A DNA stretch of 64,000 bases from an uncultured Planctomycetaceae bacterium. Lineage in GTDB: Bacteria > Planctomycetota > Planctomycetia > Isosphaerales > Isosphaeraceae. A program made the position numbers and the translations under genes. Below the pieces are notes generated by a model that saw only the letters and a list, made by a program, of their open reading frames with translations, had not been told where the DNA came from and did not search any database. Every line of letters begins with the position of its first letter. The first letter of the stretch is position 1. The DNA is taken from positions 544,001-608,000 of the forward strand of contig CAWIAD010000002.1 of assembly GCA_963833985.1 (NCBI GenBank), given 5' to 3'. Of the stretch, positions 51,780-62,340 are shown piece by piece.

Positions 51780-52321
51780 GAATGGGCAGGTCATCGAGAA
51801 AAGCGGATGGGCGATGAGTCCCGGCTGGTTCAGGGAGAGACCTGCTGCCAGTCCCCCTGTGACCATGAGGGAAAGCCCGACTCGTCCCGCGCGGAAGGAC
51901 CATTCCACCAGCCGATCGGCTCGGGGACTGTGTACGTCCCGGTGATGTTTACCCGCGTGGACCGGGTGCCTCGCACAGGAGGACGAAGACGATGCCGGCG
52001 CCCGGGGGCGTCCGCCTTGGGACTGCCTCAGCAGGTGTCTTTGCCTTGCCGCGAAGTGTGGACCAGCCTGGAACGGAGCTGACATCGCAAGCTCCTCGCG
52101 AAAGAAATGCTGAAAGGAATTGGGCCAGGAAGCGGAGTTGAACTTGACTGGAGCACCAGAGCACGATGGTTCTGTAATTGAATGTCAGGAGCTGGCTCGA
52201 TCGCGCAACAAGCCGTGGATTTTTTTCAGGAGCGGGAAGGCCCGTCGCGATTGACCGATGACTTTCTGTAGGATTATTGAGACATATCGAGCAACGACAC
52301 CCCTCGATCCGGAGACTGATC

Positions 52322-52915
52322 ATGCCCGAGGGCTCCGTGACGGTGATGATTCGACGTCTCCGCGCCGGCGATCGCGCTGAGGTTGCCTCGCTGTGGAACC
52401 GCTACTTCGAGCGCCTGGCCCAGCACGCTCATCCGATCGTGCCGTGGGGAGCATACGGCCGCGAGGATGCTGCGCTTTCGGCCATCAACGACTTTTGCGA
52501 TGGGATGGTGCGCGGCAAGTTCTTGTACGTGGAGGGTCGCGAGGTGCTCTGGGCGACACTGGCCCGGATTACGGAACGCAAGGCACTCAGGGGTGTCCGG
52601 CGGTTCCGGCGGGAAGTTTCCTTCGAGGCCCTGCCGCCGGGTACGAGGCTTTTTGACATCGGCGTCGACGGCGTCGCGTTCATAGAACCCACACCCGAAT
52701 ATAAGGCCCTGGTGAACATGACCCTTGCCGAGCTGATCGACGGATTACCCAACCCGCTCTGGCGGCAAGCTGTCCTGCTCCGGCTCGAAGGCCACAGCGT
52801 GCCGGAGATCGCGGCCCGTCTTGGCAAGAAAAGTCCCCGAATCGTCCAGCTCTGGTTCCGGGCCATCGAGGCAATCTGGCGGGAGCGGCTCGGGGGGGAC
52901 TCCCATGTCGATTGA
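52322..52915 (+). CDS. ECF-type sigma factor (kinase-associated planctomycete type)
   Basis: GSVT..I..LRAGD, LWNRYFERL, EDAALSA, LW..LARIT.RKA, LRLEGHS..EIA..LG. Confidence 0.8.
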   Translation: MPEGSVTVMIRRLRAGDRAEVASLWNRYFERLAQHAHPIVPWGAYGREDAALSAINDFCDGMVRGKFLYVEGREVLWATLARITERKALRGVRRFRREVSFEALPPGTRLFDIGVDGVAFIEPTPEYKALVNMTLAELIDGLPNPLWRQAVLLRLEGHSVPEIAARLGKKSPRIVQLWFRAIEAIWRERLGGDSHVD

Positions 52916-54716
52916 TTGCGCAAAATCTCCCGATCGCGGCATCCTGAGGGAAGACGGGCTCGCCTTGTCTCTTTCCTCAGGCAATCGGGAGCAAGAATAC
53001 GTGATGACCAGTGAACAGGCGATTCGGATCAGCGAGATTTGCGATCGCTTCGAATGGGCAATTCTCACAGGAGTGCCGACGCGGATCGAGGACGTACTCG
53101 CGACAACCCTGGACGAGGACCGATCCCATCTCTTCGAAGACCTTCTGCGGGTCGAGCTCGACCTGATGGCGGGGGAGGAGCAGCGTCTATCCATTGGCGA
53201 CTACCTGGGCCGCTTCCCGGAGCACGTCGAGCTCGTGCAGCGGATCTTCCGGGAGAAGGAAGAGCCCGAGCCCGCCCCGCTGGGCACCATCGGCAACTAC
53301 CACCTCCAGGAGGAGATCGGACGCGGGGGACAGGGCATTGTCTACCGTGCACTCGACGTGGGCCTCGTCCCTTTTGATGTGGCCATCAAGGTCCTCGTCC
53401 CGGGCGCTGTTTCGCTCGGGGACGCGGAGCGGTTCGTCGACGAGGTCCGGAGGATGCGGGATATCGAGCACCCGCACATCGTGCCGTACCGGGCCTCGGG
53501 GAACGACCGGGGCCAGCTCTACTACGTGATGAGGTTCATGCGGGGCGAGAGCCTTGCGGATCATCTGAAAAAGCACCCTGGTCCGGTCGCAGCCCACGAC
53601 GCCGCCAGGTGGATGATCCAGATCGTCGAGGCCGTGTCCTACCTGCACCGCCAGGACCCGCCCGTCGTGCACTGCGATCTCAAGCCGAAGAACATCCTGC
53701 TCGATGAGTCCGGCAACCTGTTTGTCGCCGATTTCGGACTGGCGTTCCTGTTCAAGCCCGGTGAATCCCACCGCAAGGGTTGCGGCACCCCGCCTTACGC
53801 CGCTCCGGAGCAGATGGATCTCCACCTCAGCTCGGTTGGACCCTGGAGCGACATCTACGGCCTGGGCGTGATCCTCTACGAGCTAATCACCGGCCTCAGG
53901 CCGGAATCTGGTGGAGAACCGCTTCCGCCGAGTCGTATCCGGCGCGGCATTCCCGATGCCCTGGACCGCGTCTGCAGAAAGTGCCTGGCGCGATCCACGC
54001 GCGATCGCTACCAGTCAGTTGCACAACTGCTCGTCGAGCTGAATCACTTCATCAAGGAAGAGCCGCTGGAATTCACGCCTCCTCTCACCGCCTGGCACCG
54101 CGTCCGCGACTGGGCCAGGAGCGAGCCGGCCCTGGCCGTGCGCCTGGCCGTCATCGTCGCGTGCTCGCTCGTGCTCTGGGGCCATCCCGCAGTTTTCGGC
54201 CTGCTCCCTATTGCCGATGGCCATTGGGCCAATCTTCCGTGGGTCAAACCAATCATTGAACGGCTCGGTCCGACTCAGCCGGTATTGATCTGGGCGAACC
54301 AGGTGATTTTCACCTTCTGGGGGCTGGCTTCATGGGCGTTCCAGCGCCGGCTCACACGCAACCGCGACGGTCGCGGCCCTCAACTCGCCTGGCGGCTCGT
54401 CGACGTACTGGTGCTGGCCTCGCTCATCTTGCTCGATGACGCGCTCATGAGCCCGCTCACTGTCTCCTTCGCCGTGTTGATCGGCGCCTCGGCCTTCTGG
54501 ATGCGACCCGAGCCGGTGATTCAAACGACGCTGCTTTCCATCCTCGGCTATCTTGGCCTGATCGCAATCTACTGGCTCACACATGGTGTGATCGACTACA
54601 GGTATCGTCATTTTCACTACGTGATCGCCGTGAGCGCACTGGGCCTGACGCTCATGCACCAGGCGAACCGCATGCAAGCCTTGATTCGGATCTGCGAGGC
54701 TGGCCGCCGGTCGTGA
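52905..54716 (+). CDS. Membrane-bound serine/threonine protein kinase
   Basis: ICDRFE, EIGRGGQGIVY, VAIK, HCDLKPKNIL, DFGLA, GTPPYAAPE, SDIYGLG; C-terminal TM helices; start 52905 or 53004. Confidence 0.92.
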   Translation: MSIDCAKSPDRGILREDGLALSLSSGNREQEYVMTSEQAIRISEICDRFEWAILTGVPTRIEDVLATTLDEDRSHLFEDLLRVELDLMAGEEQRLSIGDYLGRFPEHVELVQRIFREKEEPEPAPLGTIGNYHLQEEIGRGGQGIVYRALDVGLVPFDVAIKVLVPGAVSLGDAERFVDEVRRMRDIEHPHIVPYRASGNDRGQLYYVMRFMRGESLADHLKKHPGPVAAHDAARWMIQIVEAVSYLHRQDPPVVHCDLKPKNILLDESGNLFVADFGLAFLFKPGESHRKGCGTPPYAAPEQMDLHLSSVGPWSDIYGLGVILYELITGLRPESGGEPLPPSRIRRGIPDALDRVCRKCLARSTRDRYQSVAQLLVELNHFIKEEPLEFTPPLTAWHRVRDWARSEPALAVRLAVIVACSLVLWGHPAVFGLLPIADGHWANLPWVKPIIERLGPTQPVLIWANQVIFTFWGLASWAFQRRLTRNRDGRGPQLAWRLVDVLVLASLILLDDALMSPLTVSFAVLIGASAFWMRPEPVIQTTLLSILGYLGLIAIYWLTHGVIDYRYRHFHYVIAVSALGLTLMHQANRMQALIRICEAGRRS

Positions 54717-54802
54717 CGGATGTACTCCACTCGAATTCCTTTCCCGGGGTCTGACCGGTAGAATCTGATTACTGATCATTCGAGCCGCCGGAGACCCTGG
54801 CC

Positions 54803-55597
54803 ATGCCAAGCCCGTTCCCCGGGATGGACCCGTACCTGGAGCAGTTCTGGGGTGATGTCCATCATACGCTGATTACCTATGCTCGCGGTGCGCTGCAACG
54901 ACGGCTGCCCGGCGACCTGGTCGCACGAGTCGACGAGCGCGTCTTCGTCGAGTCGTCCCAGGGGCAAGGCCGGAACATCGTCCCGGACGTCCGGGTTGTC
55001 GAGCGCGGCAAATCTAGTGAGCGAGGTACCGGGCCGGGGAACGGCGTGGCACTCGCCGAACCTCTGGTCGTGCATCTCGAGCCGTCTGAACCGGTGCGGC
55101 AGGGCTACATCGAGATCATCGACATCAAGTCGGGCCGGCGCGTCGTCACGGTGATCGAGGTACTCAGCCCGTCGAACAAGGCTCCGGGGCCTGGGCGTGA
55201 CCTGTACCTCAAGAAGCAAGAAGAACTCAGGGCGGGGAATGTCACCCTGGTCGAGATCGATCTGCTCCGGGCTGGCACACGCGTTCTTTCCGTTCCCTTC
55301 GACCGCGTTCCGGAGGGGGATTGCTCTGCCTACGCGGCCTGTGCCCATAGAGGCTGGAAGCCATTCGAGATCGAGTATTACCGGCTCCCGCTCCGGGAGC
55401 GACTGCCCGCGATTCGCGTTCCCCTGCGCCGCGATGACTCCGACGTCGCGCTCGATCTTCAAGCGCTGATCGACGAGTGCTACGAGTCCGGCCGCTACGG
55501 CGACGACATCGACTATCGCGAGGAGCCCGAACCGCCGCTTGCACCCGAGGATGCCGCCTGGGCCAATGCGCTGCTGCGTGAGCAAGGCCGAAGATAA
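54803..55597 (+). CDS. DUF4058 family protein, copy 1
   Basis: MPSPFPGMDPYLE, PDV, VVTVIEVLSPSNK, LVEIDLLR, LP.I.VPL, LDLQ. Confidence 0.9.
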   Translation: MPSPFPGMDPYLEQFWGDVHHTLITYARGALQRRLPGDLVARVDERVFVESSQGQGRNIVPDVRVVERGKSSERGTGPGNGVALAEPLVVHLEPSEPVRQGYIEIIDIKSGRRVVTVIEVLSPSNKAPGPGRDLYLKKQEELRAGNVTLVEIDLLRAGTRVLSVPFDRVPEGDCSAYAACAHRGWKPFEIEYYRLPLRERLPAIRVPLRRDDSDVALDLQALIDECYESGRYGDDIDYREEPEPPLAPEDAAWANALLREQGRR

Positions 55598-55746
55598 GAG
55601 AATCGCGATGTTAACGAGCCCTCATGTCTTCAAACATCGTCCTGATGCGGGGCCGGCGCAGAGCTTTCGCTGGCGGAGATCGGCGTGATCTCCACCGTCA
55701 CCTTCACCGTGTGATGGCCTCCCCCGAGCCGCCGGAGACCCTGGCC

Positions 55747-56542
55747 ATGCCAAGCCCGTTCCCCGGGATGGACCCGTACCTGGAGCAGTTCTGGGGTGAT
55801 GTCCATCATCGCCTTATCACCTATGCTTGCGACGCGCTTCAAAGGCGTCTGCCTGGAGATCTCCTGGCGCAGGATGGACGAGCGCGTCTTCGTCGAGCCG
55901 TCCCAGGGGCAAGGCCGGAACATCGTCCCGGACGTCCGGGTTGTCGAGCGCGGCAGACCCAGAGAGCGAGGCACCGGGCCGGGGAACGGCGTGGCACTCG
56001 CCGAACCTCTGGTCGTGCATCTCGAGCCGTCTGAACCGGTGCGGCAGGGCTACATCGAGATCATCGACATCAAGTCGGGCCGGCGCGTCGTCACGGTGAT
56101 CGAGGTACTCAGCCCGTCGAACAAGGCTCCGGGGCCTGGGCGTGACCTGTACCTCAAGAAGCAAGAAGAACTCAGGGCGGGGAATGTCACCCTGGTCGAG
56201 ATCGATCTGCTCCGGGCTGGCACACGCGTTCTTTCCGTTCCCTTCGACCGCGTTCCGGAGGGGGATTGCTCTGCCTACGCGGCCTGTGCCCATAGAGGCT
56301 GGAAGCCATTCGAGATCGAGTATTACCGGCTCCCGCTCCGGGAGCGACTGCCCGCGATTCGCGTTCCCCTGCGCCGCGATGACTCCGACGTCGCGCTCGA
56401 TCTTCAAGCGCTGATCGACGAGTGCTACGAGTCCGGCCGCTACGGCGACGACATCGACTATCGCGAGGAGCCCGAACCGCCGCTTGCACCCGAGGATGCC
56501 GCCTGGGCCAATGCGCTGCTGCGTGAGCAAGGCCGAAGATAA
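55747..56542 (+). CDS. DUF4058 family protein, copy 2 (one extra base near 55870)
   Basis: Same motifs as copy 1; the frame shifts at CTGGCGCAGGATG. Confidence 0.85.
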
Positions 56543-56574
56543 GAGAATCGCGATGTTAACGAGCCCTCATGTCT

Positions 56575-57495
56575 TCAAACATCGTCCTGATGCGGGGCCG
56601 GCGCAGAGCTTTCGCTGGCGGAGATCGGCGTGATCTCCACCGTCACCTTCACCGTGTGATGGCCTCCCCCCAGGATCACCCCCTTGATCGGGCTGACATC
56701 GTCGTAGTCGCGGCCCCAGGCCAGCACGATGTGACGGTCGCAGGGAACCTGGTTGTTCGTCGGGTCGAGGTCGATCCAGCCAAAGCCGGGACAGAAGAAT
56801 GAGACCCAGGCGTGCGAGGCCTCGGCGCCCACGGCCCGCGGACGGCCGGGCGACGGAGTGTTCACGAGATAACCGCTGACGTAACGCGCGGCCAGGCCCA
56901 GCGACCGCAGGCAGCCGATCTGGAGATGGGCGAAGTCCTGGCAGACCCCGTGCTTCTGCTCCAGGACTTCCTTGATCGGAGTGGCGATGGTCGTTGCGCT
57001 CGGGTCGTACCGGAACTCGGCATGAATCCGCGCCGTCAGGTCCGCGACGGCGTCGAGAACCGGCCTCCCGGGCGGGAAAGAAGGCGCGGCGTAGGCCGCG
57101 AAACGCTCACCGGTCGTCACATAGGGCGAGTCGAAGACGAACTGGCTGGCGGTCAGCAGGTCGGCCTCCATCGCGGTGCGCAACTGCTCGCGTACCGCTT
57201 CCCAGGCCGGCGTCTGTCCGGGCGCGGGTATGCTCACCGGCGCCATCTCGACGACGTTCACTGCCGTCACGCCCAGCCGGCGGTGCGCTTCCTCGATGGT
57301 GGCGAAGGTGGCCGTGTTGCCGAAAAAATCGACCCGCTCCGTCATCACCAGAGGAGGCGGGCTGATGCGCAGCTCGCTGGAACGCCTGGTCTGCCAGGGA
57401 CAGCTTCGCGCGGCCAGGTGCAACACGTTATGGCAGAGCGACACCGCCTCGACATAATCATAAAGGGTGGTATGTGTTGCTTTATAGAGCGTCAT
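56575..57495 (-). CDS. Transglutaminase family protein
   Basis: Y..THTT.Y.Y, DFFGN, GVCQDFAH, ARYVSGYL, ASHAWV, LDPTN, GRDYDDVSP. Confidence 0.93.
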   Translation of the reverse strand: MTLYKATHTTLYDYVEAVSLCHNVLHLAARSCPWQTRRSSELRISPPPLVMTERVDFFGNTATFATIEEAHRRLGVTAVNVVEMAPVSIPAPGQTPAWEAVREQLRTAMEADLLTASQFVFDSPYVTTGERFAAYAAPSFPPGRPVLDAVADLTARIHAEFRYDPSATTIATPIKEVLEQKHGVCQDFAHLQIGCLRSLGLAARYVSGYLVNTPSPGRPRAVGAEASHAWVSFFCPGFGWIDLDPTNNQVPCDRHIVLAWGRDYDDVSPIKGVILGGGHHTVKVTVEITPISASESSAPAPHQDDV

Positions 57496-57506
57496 GTGGT
57501 GTGTGC

Positions 57507-60181
57507 TCACACTGGGATCGCGATCCTCTCGTCTTCCGGGCGAGGCGCGTCGTGATCCTGGCTGCCCAGGTGGCGAGACGTTTGCAGATGGCTGAAGTAA
57601 CTGGCGGCGATGACGTCGGAGAGGACCGGCAGATCGGTCTCGATGCGGGAAAGCAGGCTCACCAGCTCGGTCCGGCAACCGGACTCATCGGCGCGGGCCA
57701 GGGCGTCGAGATCGGCGAGCCGCACTTCGGTCAGGTTCGCCAGAATCAGGCGCTGCTCGGTGCTGCGCCCGGCAGCGCCGGATCGCGCGGGAGGTGGTCG
57801 ATTCCATCGGCCAGCGCGGCAAGCTGGAAGGCCAGTGCACGGGGGTTCGTCTCGTCGGACAGCAGCAAATCGAGCACCGGTGCCGCCTGAATCATGCTCA
57901 GGTAGCGCCGGCGGTACGTCATCGAGCTGTCGGCGATCTCCAGCAAGGCTTCCAGCAGTGATCCTTCGGTGCGGGTCTCGATGCACAGGGTGCCCCGGAG
58001 CAGGCTCGACATCTGGAGCGACCGCTCGAGCCTGCGGCCCATGTCCAGGAAGGTCAGCGACTGGCCGCGCGTCAGGTTCTCGGCGACAAGCCCGCTGAAG
58101 GCGGCCAGCCGGCTTATTCCCGCGTCGAGCAGCTCCAGCACGTCGCTGAGCACGCCGCGGGCGTCCAGGTGTTCCAGCTCCAGTGATTCCGGGGCATTCG
58201 TGTCCGACTGCTGCGCCATGGCGGTGAGATCGGCGATCATGTCGACCATCAGGTGGCTGAGCGCTCTCCACATGTCCACCGAGATGCGGTCGCGGACCTT
58301 GGAGGCCACGCGCTGGAGCAGCACCAACGTGGCGGCCAGGCTGCCTGGGCGGGCGCGGTCGAAGATGACAGAGAGCAGCTCGTCCTCCGGCTCATCGATC
58401 GAGTCGGGCCTGGCCGGATCGAAGAACCCGGGAAACGTCCGCGTCTGTGCGGTGAGCACCCGCAGCAGGACGGGTAACTCGGGCGCATCGGACATTCCGG
58501 ATTTCTCTGTGAGGCGTACGAGAATGCCGCGGAGCAGCCGAACCACGCTCTCGGCGCGTTCGACGTAGCGACCGAGCCAGAAGAAGTTGTCGGCGTGGCG
58601 GCTGGAGAGATCGCCACCGGATCGGCTCAGCCGCAGCGAGCGATGCCGTGGTGGCAAGAGGCTGAAATCACCCACCGGTTGATCGCCCAGCACCCAGGTA
58701 TCCTTGCTGCCGCCCCCTTGCTGCATGGTCACCACCTTGGAATCAGACCGGCACGACACGCGGGCCAACCCGCCCGGCATGACCGCGTAGCCGTTGGTCT
58801 GAGCGGTCAGGAACATGCGGACGGCGGCATATCTTGGGTCGAGCCGGTCCCCCTGCATCACCGGAACCGACGAGAGTGCGATCTGCTCTTGGCCCACGAA
58901 ATTGCTCGGGCGGGCCTGGATGCGCCTGGCCAGCTCCTCGAGCTGCTGCGCATCGAGCCGGTCGGCGAACACGGGCTCGAACCAGCGACTGGCAAAGGTC
59001 GGCTTGATCACCATGCGCCGCAGCTTCGCCAGTACATGTCCGAGCCCGACAGGCTCTCCGCACCACCACGTTTCCGCCCAGGGAAGCTTCAATTCCTCGC
59101 CCAGGAGCTCGCGGCTGATGGCAGGAAGATAGGCGAGCAGCGCGGGCGTCTCCACCAGTCCGCTCCCCAGCGCGTTGGCCATGGCGACATTGCCGGCCCG
59201 CAAGACCTGGAGCAGTCCGGGAACACCCAGGAACGAATCGCCCCGGAGCTCCAGCGGGTCGCAGTAGTCGTCATCCACCCGGCGCAGGATCACATCCACG
59301 GGCTGAAGTCCGCCCAGCAGCTTCAGATAGACGCGGTTGCCTCGAACCAGCAGATCGCCCCCCTCCACCAGGGTATAGCCCAGGTATCCCGCCAGGAACG
59401 CGTGCTCGAAGTAGGTTTCGTTGTAAGGCCCGGGGGTCAGCAGGACGATCCGGGGATTGTCCCGGTTGTGCGGGGCGATGGACTGCAAGAGATCACGCAC
59501 CGACTGGAAGAAGGGAGCCAGCCTCTGCACCTGGCAATCGCGGAACAGTTCAGGAAGCATCCGGGACAGGACCAGCCGGTTTTCAAGTGCGTACCCGGCT
59601 CCCGACGGCGCCTGGGTACGGTCGCCCAGCACCACCATCGTGCCGTTGGCCAGTCGGCCAAGGTTGGCTGCGTAAAGATGAAGGTAGCGGTTGCCGGGAA
59701 CCTGCATGCCATGGCAGGCGTGCAGGAAGGCCCGATTGCCGAAGACCAGCTCGGGAGGCAGGAAACCCCTGGCCAGCAGGCGCTGGGGACCGTAAAGATC
59801 CGCCAGGATCTGATCCAGCAGCAGCGCACGCTGGATCAGGCCTGCTTCCAGGTATTTCCACTCGGAGGTGGGGACCAGAAGCGGGATCGGATCAAGCTGC
59901 CAGGGTCGATCGGTCCCCCGCGGGTCGCCGTAGACGTTGTAAGTCACCCCGTTCTGACGGATCAGGTCCTGCGATTCTTCCCACCGCCTGCGGATCTCGT
60001 CAGTGCCGAGCTGCTGCATCGCGGCGACGAACGGCTGCCAGTGCGGCCGCACACTTTCCGCGCAGGTCCGCAGCTCATCATGGCAGCCCGAGAGCGGCCG
60101 GTAGCTCTCCCAGACCGAAGGCCGGGACGTCGCATCAGCCCACAGCGGGGATGTTTCGGCTTCGGCCGTCGTGGATTGCAT
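57507..60181 (-). CDS. Circularly permuted ATP-grasp / alpha-E fusion protein (frameshift near 57768)
   Basis: NGVTYNVY, WQLDPIP, DRTQAPSGAGYALENR, LTPGPYNETYFEH, PGGLAR, GGGSKDTWV; then FWLGRYVERAE, MGRRLER, YRRRY, DETNPR. Confidence 0.92.
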
Positions 60182-60243
60182 GGCGGGACTCGATCGGGCT
60201 CGACAATGAGCGCCTTGACTGTTCAAAGGTCATGATAGCATAG

Positions 60244-60258
60244 GCAAAACTCATACCA
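60244..60258 (-). promoter_or_regulatory. Sigma54 (-24/-12) promoter candidate for the ATP-grasp-alphaE/transglutaminase operon
   Basis: Minus strand TGGTATGAGTTTTGC (TGG-N8-TTGC), about 60 bp upstream of ATG 60181. Confidence 0.65.
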
Positions 60259-60562
60259 CAAACCCCAAAGTCCTGGGAACAGCTCCTGCTGACTATTCCG
60301 GCAGTGTTCACGGCCCGGGTCCTCCAGGCGCTGAACCGTGACCTTACCCGATGCCTTGGACGAACCTCGATTGCTTCCATGCATCCATGTGAGGCTACGG
60401 TGATGGGGAAAGGCGATCGAACAATACCCATTTTCTACAAAGTACCAAAACACGCTCCTCGATATAAATTCCACAAAATCCCCAAACCTTGAACCGGTCG
60501 CTGCCGATAGTGAGAGCGGACTTCGTGAGAGTCCGGAACCAGGCGCCCCGGCGCGCTTTACG

Positions 60563-60591
60563 TTGACGTGGCTGCGGGGATGGGCTATGGT
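60563..60591 (+). promoter_or_regulatory. Sigma70 promoter candidate for kdsD
   Basis: TTGACG, 17 bp, TATGGT; GGAGG RBS before ATG 60660. Confidence 0.55.
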
Positions 60592-60659
60592 GCCCGCGCC
60601 GGCCGTTCTGGTCATTTGGCCGACAGGAACGGTTGCCTCAGAGGGCAGGGAGGCCCACG

Positions 60660-61686
60660 ATGGCGGTGATCACGGACACGGCCCTGTCACTGGACAGCCA
60701 GTCCGAGGCTGAGGGCCTGGCGTTTGCGCGAGATCCTGAGGATCGAGGCTGAAGCACTGTTCAGGGTGCGCGAACGGCTGGGGCCGGCGATCGCCCAGGC
60801 GGCGGAGCTGGTCTACCGCTGCACAGGGAGCGTGATCGTCACCGGCATGGGCAAGGCGGGCCTGGTCGGCCAGAAGCTCGCGGCGACCCTCGCCTCGACG
60901 GGCACCCGCGCCTTCCCACTGCATCCGGGCGAGGCGGTTCACGGCGATTTGGGCCGGATCCGGACGGACGACGTCGTGATCGCTCTCTCACAGAGCGGCG
61001 AGACGGAAGAGGTCGTGCGGTTGGTGCCGTCCTTGAGGCGCCTGGGCGCCGTGCTCGTTGCGATCACTGAGCGCACCGGCAGTGCCCTGGGCCGGGCAGC
61101 CGATCTCTGCATCGCCATAGGCCCCATCGAGGAAGCCTGCCCGCTGGGCCTGGCACCGTCGGCAAGCACCACGGCACTGATGGCCGTGGGCGATGCCCTG
61201 GCGCTGCTGGTCAGCCGCATACGCCATTTCTCCCCGGAAGACTTCGCCCTGTACCACCCCGGCGGCAGCCTGGGTCGGAAGCTGGCCCGGGTCGAGGACG
61301 TGATGCGCACCGGCCGCCAGCTTCGCCTGGCCCATGCCGGCGAGACCGTCCGCGACATCTTCGTCCGGCTGGCTGGCCCGAGGAGACGCTCAGGCGCCGT
61401 CCTGATCGTGGACGACCAGTTTCAACTCCTGGGCATCTTCACCGACAGCGACCTGGCGCGGCTGTTCGAGAAGCGACGCGAGGGCGACCTCGACCGGTCG
61501 ATCGGGGAGCTCATGACTGTGCATCCGAAACGGATCGTGGCCGGCGCGTTCCTGAGCGAAGCGGTCGAGGTCTTGAGGTCGCACAGGATCAGCGAGCTGC
61601 CGGTCGTGGACCGCGGGAACCACCTGGTCGGTCTGATCGACGTCACCGACCTGATCGGTCTGGTCCCCTTCGACGTGGAGGACTGA
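60660..61686 (+). CDS. kdsD: Arabinose-5-phosphate isomerase (KpsF/GutQ; SIS + CBS), frameshift near 60727
   Basis: VTGMGKAG..G.K.AATLASTGT, HPGEAVHGDLG, EACPLGLAP.ASTT, GDALA, HPGGSLG, GIFTD.DL. Confidence 0.92.
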
Positions 61687-61692
61687 ACCTCT

Positions 61693-62241
61693 ATGGGGCA
61701 TGCGTCGTTGCCAGATCTGGACGCCCGGTGCGCCGCCATCGAGCTTCTCGCCGTCGATGTGGACGGCGTTTTGACCGACGGGCTGATCGTGGTCGATGAC
61801 AGGGGCGTCGAGTCCAAGCATTTTCACGTGCGTGACGGTCTGGGTTATGCGCTCTGGCACCGCGCGGGGAAGCACTCGGCCATCCTCTCGGGACGCAAGG
61901 CCGAGGTCGTCGTGCGCCGGGCCGCCGAACTCAAGATCGCCCATGTGGCTCAGGGCCTTGAAGACAAGGGCGAGGCCTTCCGTGCCCTGCTGGATCAGCT
62001 TGGCCTCGAGGCTCGCCAGGTTTGCTTCGTGGGCGACGACCTGGTCGACTTGCCGGTGCTTCGCGCGGTAGGCCTATCGGCTTGCCCCGCCGATGCAGTA
62101 GCCGAGGTGCGTGCCGCGGTCCAAGTGGTCGCGACGGCCGCGGGGGGCCGGGGTGTGGTCCGCGAGGTGATCGAGGTGATTCTCAAGGGGCAGGGGCACT
62201 GGCACGGCCTTTGCGAACGATATGGCGTGCCTCCTCTCTGA
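61693..62241 (+). CDS. kdsC: KDO-8-phosphate phosphatase (HAD family)
   Basis: DVDGVLTDG, FHVRDG.G, VGDDLVD, GGRGVVREVIE; follows kdsD. Confidence 0.93.
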   Translation: MGHASLPDLDARCAAIELLAVDVDGVLTDGLIVVDDRGVESKHFHVRDGLGYALWHRAGKHSAILSGRKAEVVVRRAAELKIAHVAQGLEDKGEAFRALLDQLGLEARQVCFVGDDLVDLPVLRAVGLSACPADAVAEVRAAVQVVATAAGGRGVVREVIEVILKGQGHWHGLCERYGVPPL

Positions 62242-62340
62242 ACTGCTTCGAGGGTGAAGTTGATTCCAGCTGGGACTGTTCCGATCGTACAGACGCGCCC
62301 ATGGCCGCGGTAATGCGCCAGCGGCCGGCGCAGATGCGGA

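Larger units (their letters stand above)
54781..56670 (+). repeat. Tandem duplication with 944/945-bp period (DUF4058 gene plus the 3' tip of the convergent transglutaminase gene)
   Basis: CGAGCCGCCGGAGACCCTGGCCATG starts at 54781 and 55725; 55598-55725 matches 56543-56670. Confidence 0.95.

Noticed and set aside
51780..52320. Small ORFs between the ankyrin and ECF genes
   Set aside because: No recognisable motif or convincing RBS; treated as intergenic or unknown.
55630..55725. Separate small gene on the minus strand (…GGHHTVKVTVEITP…)
   Set aside because: It is the duplicated 3' tip of the transglutaminase gene carried in the tandem duplication.
54866..55876. DUF4058 pair as a DGR template/variable repeat
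   Set aside because: Differences are mostly synonymous and not adenine-specific, and no reverse transcriptase is in the window.
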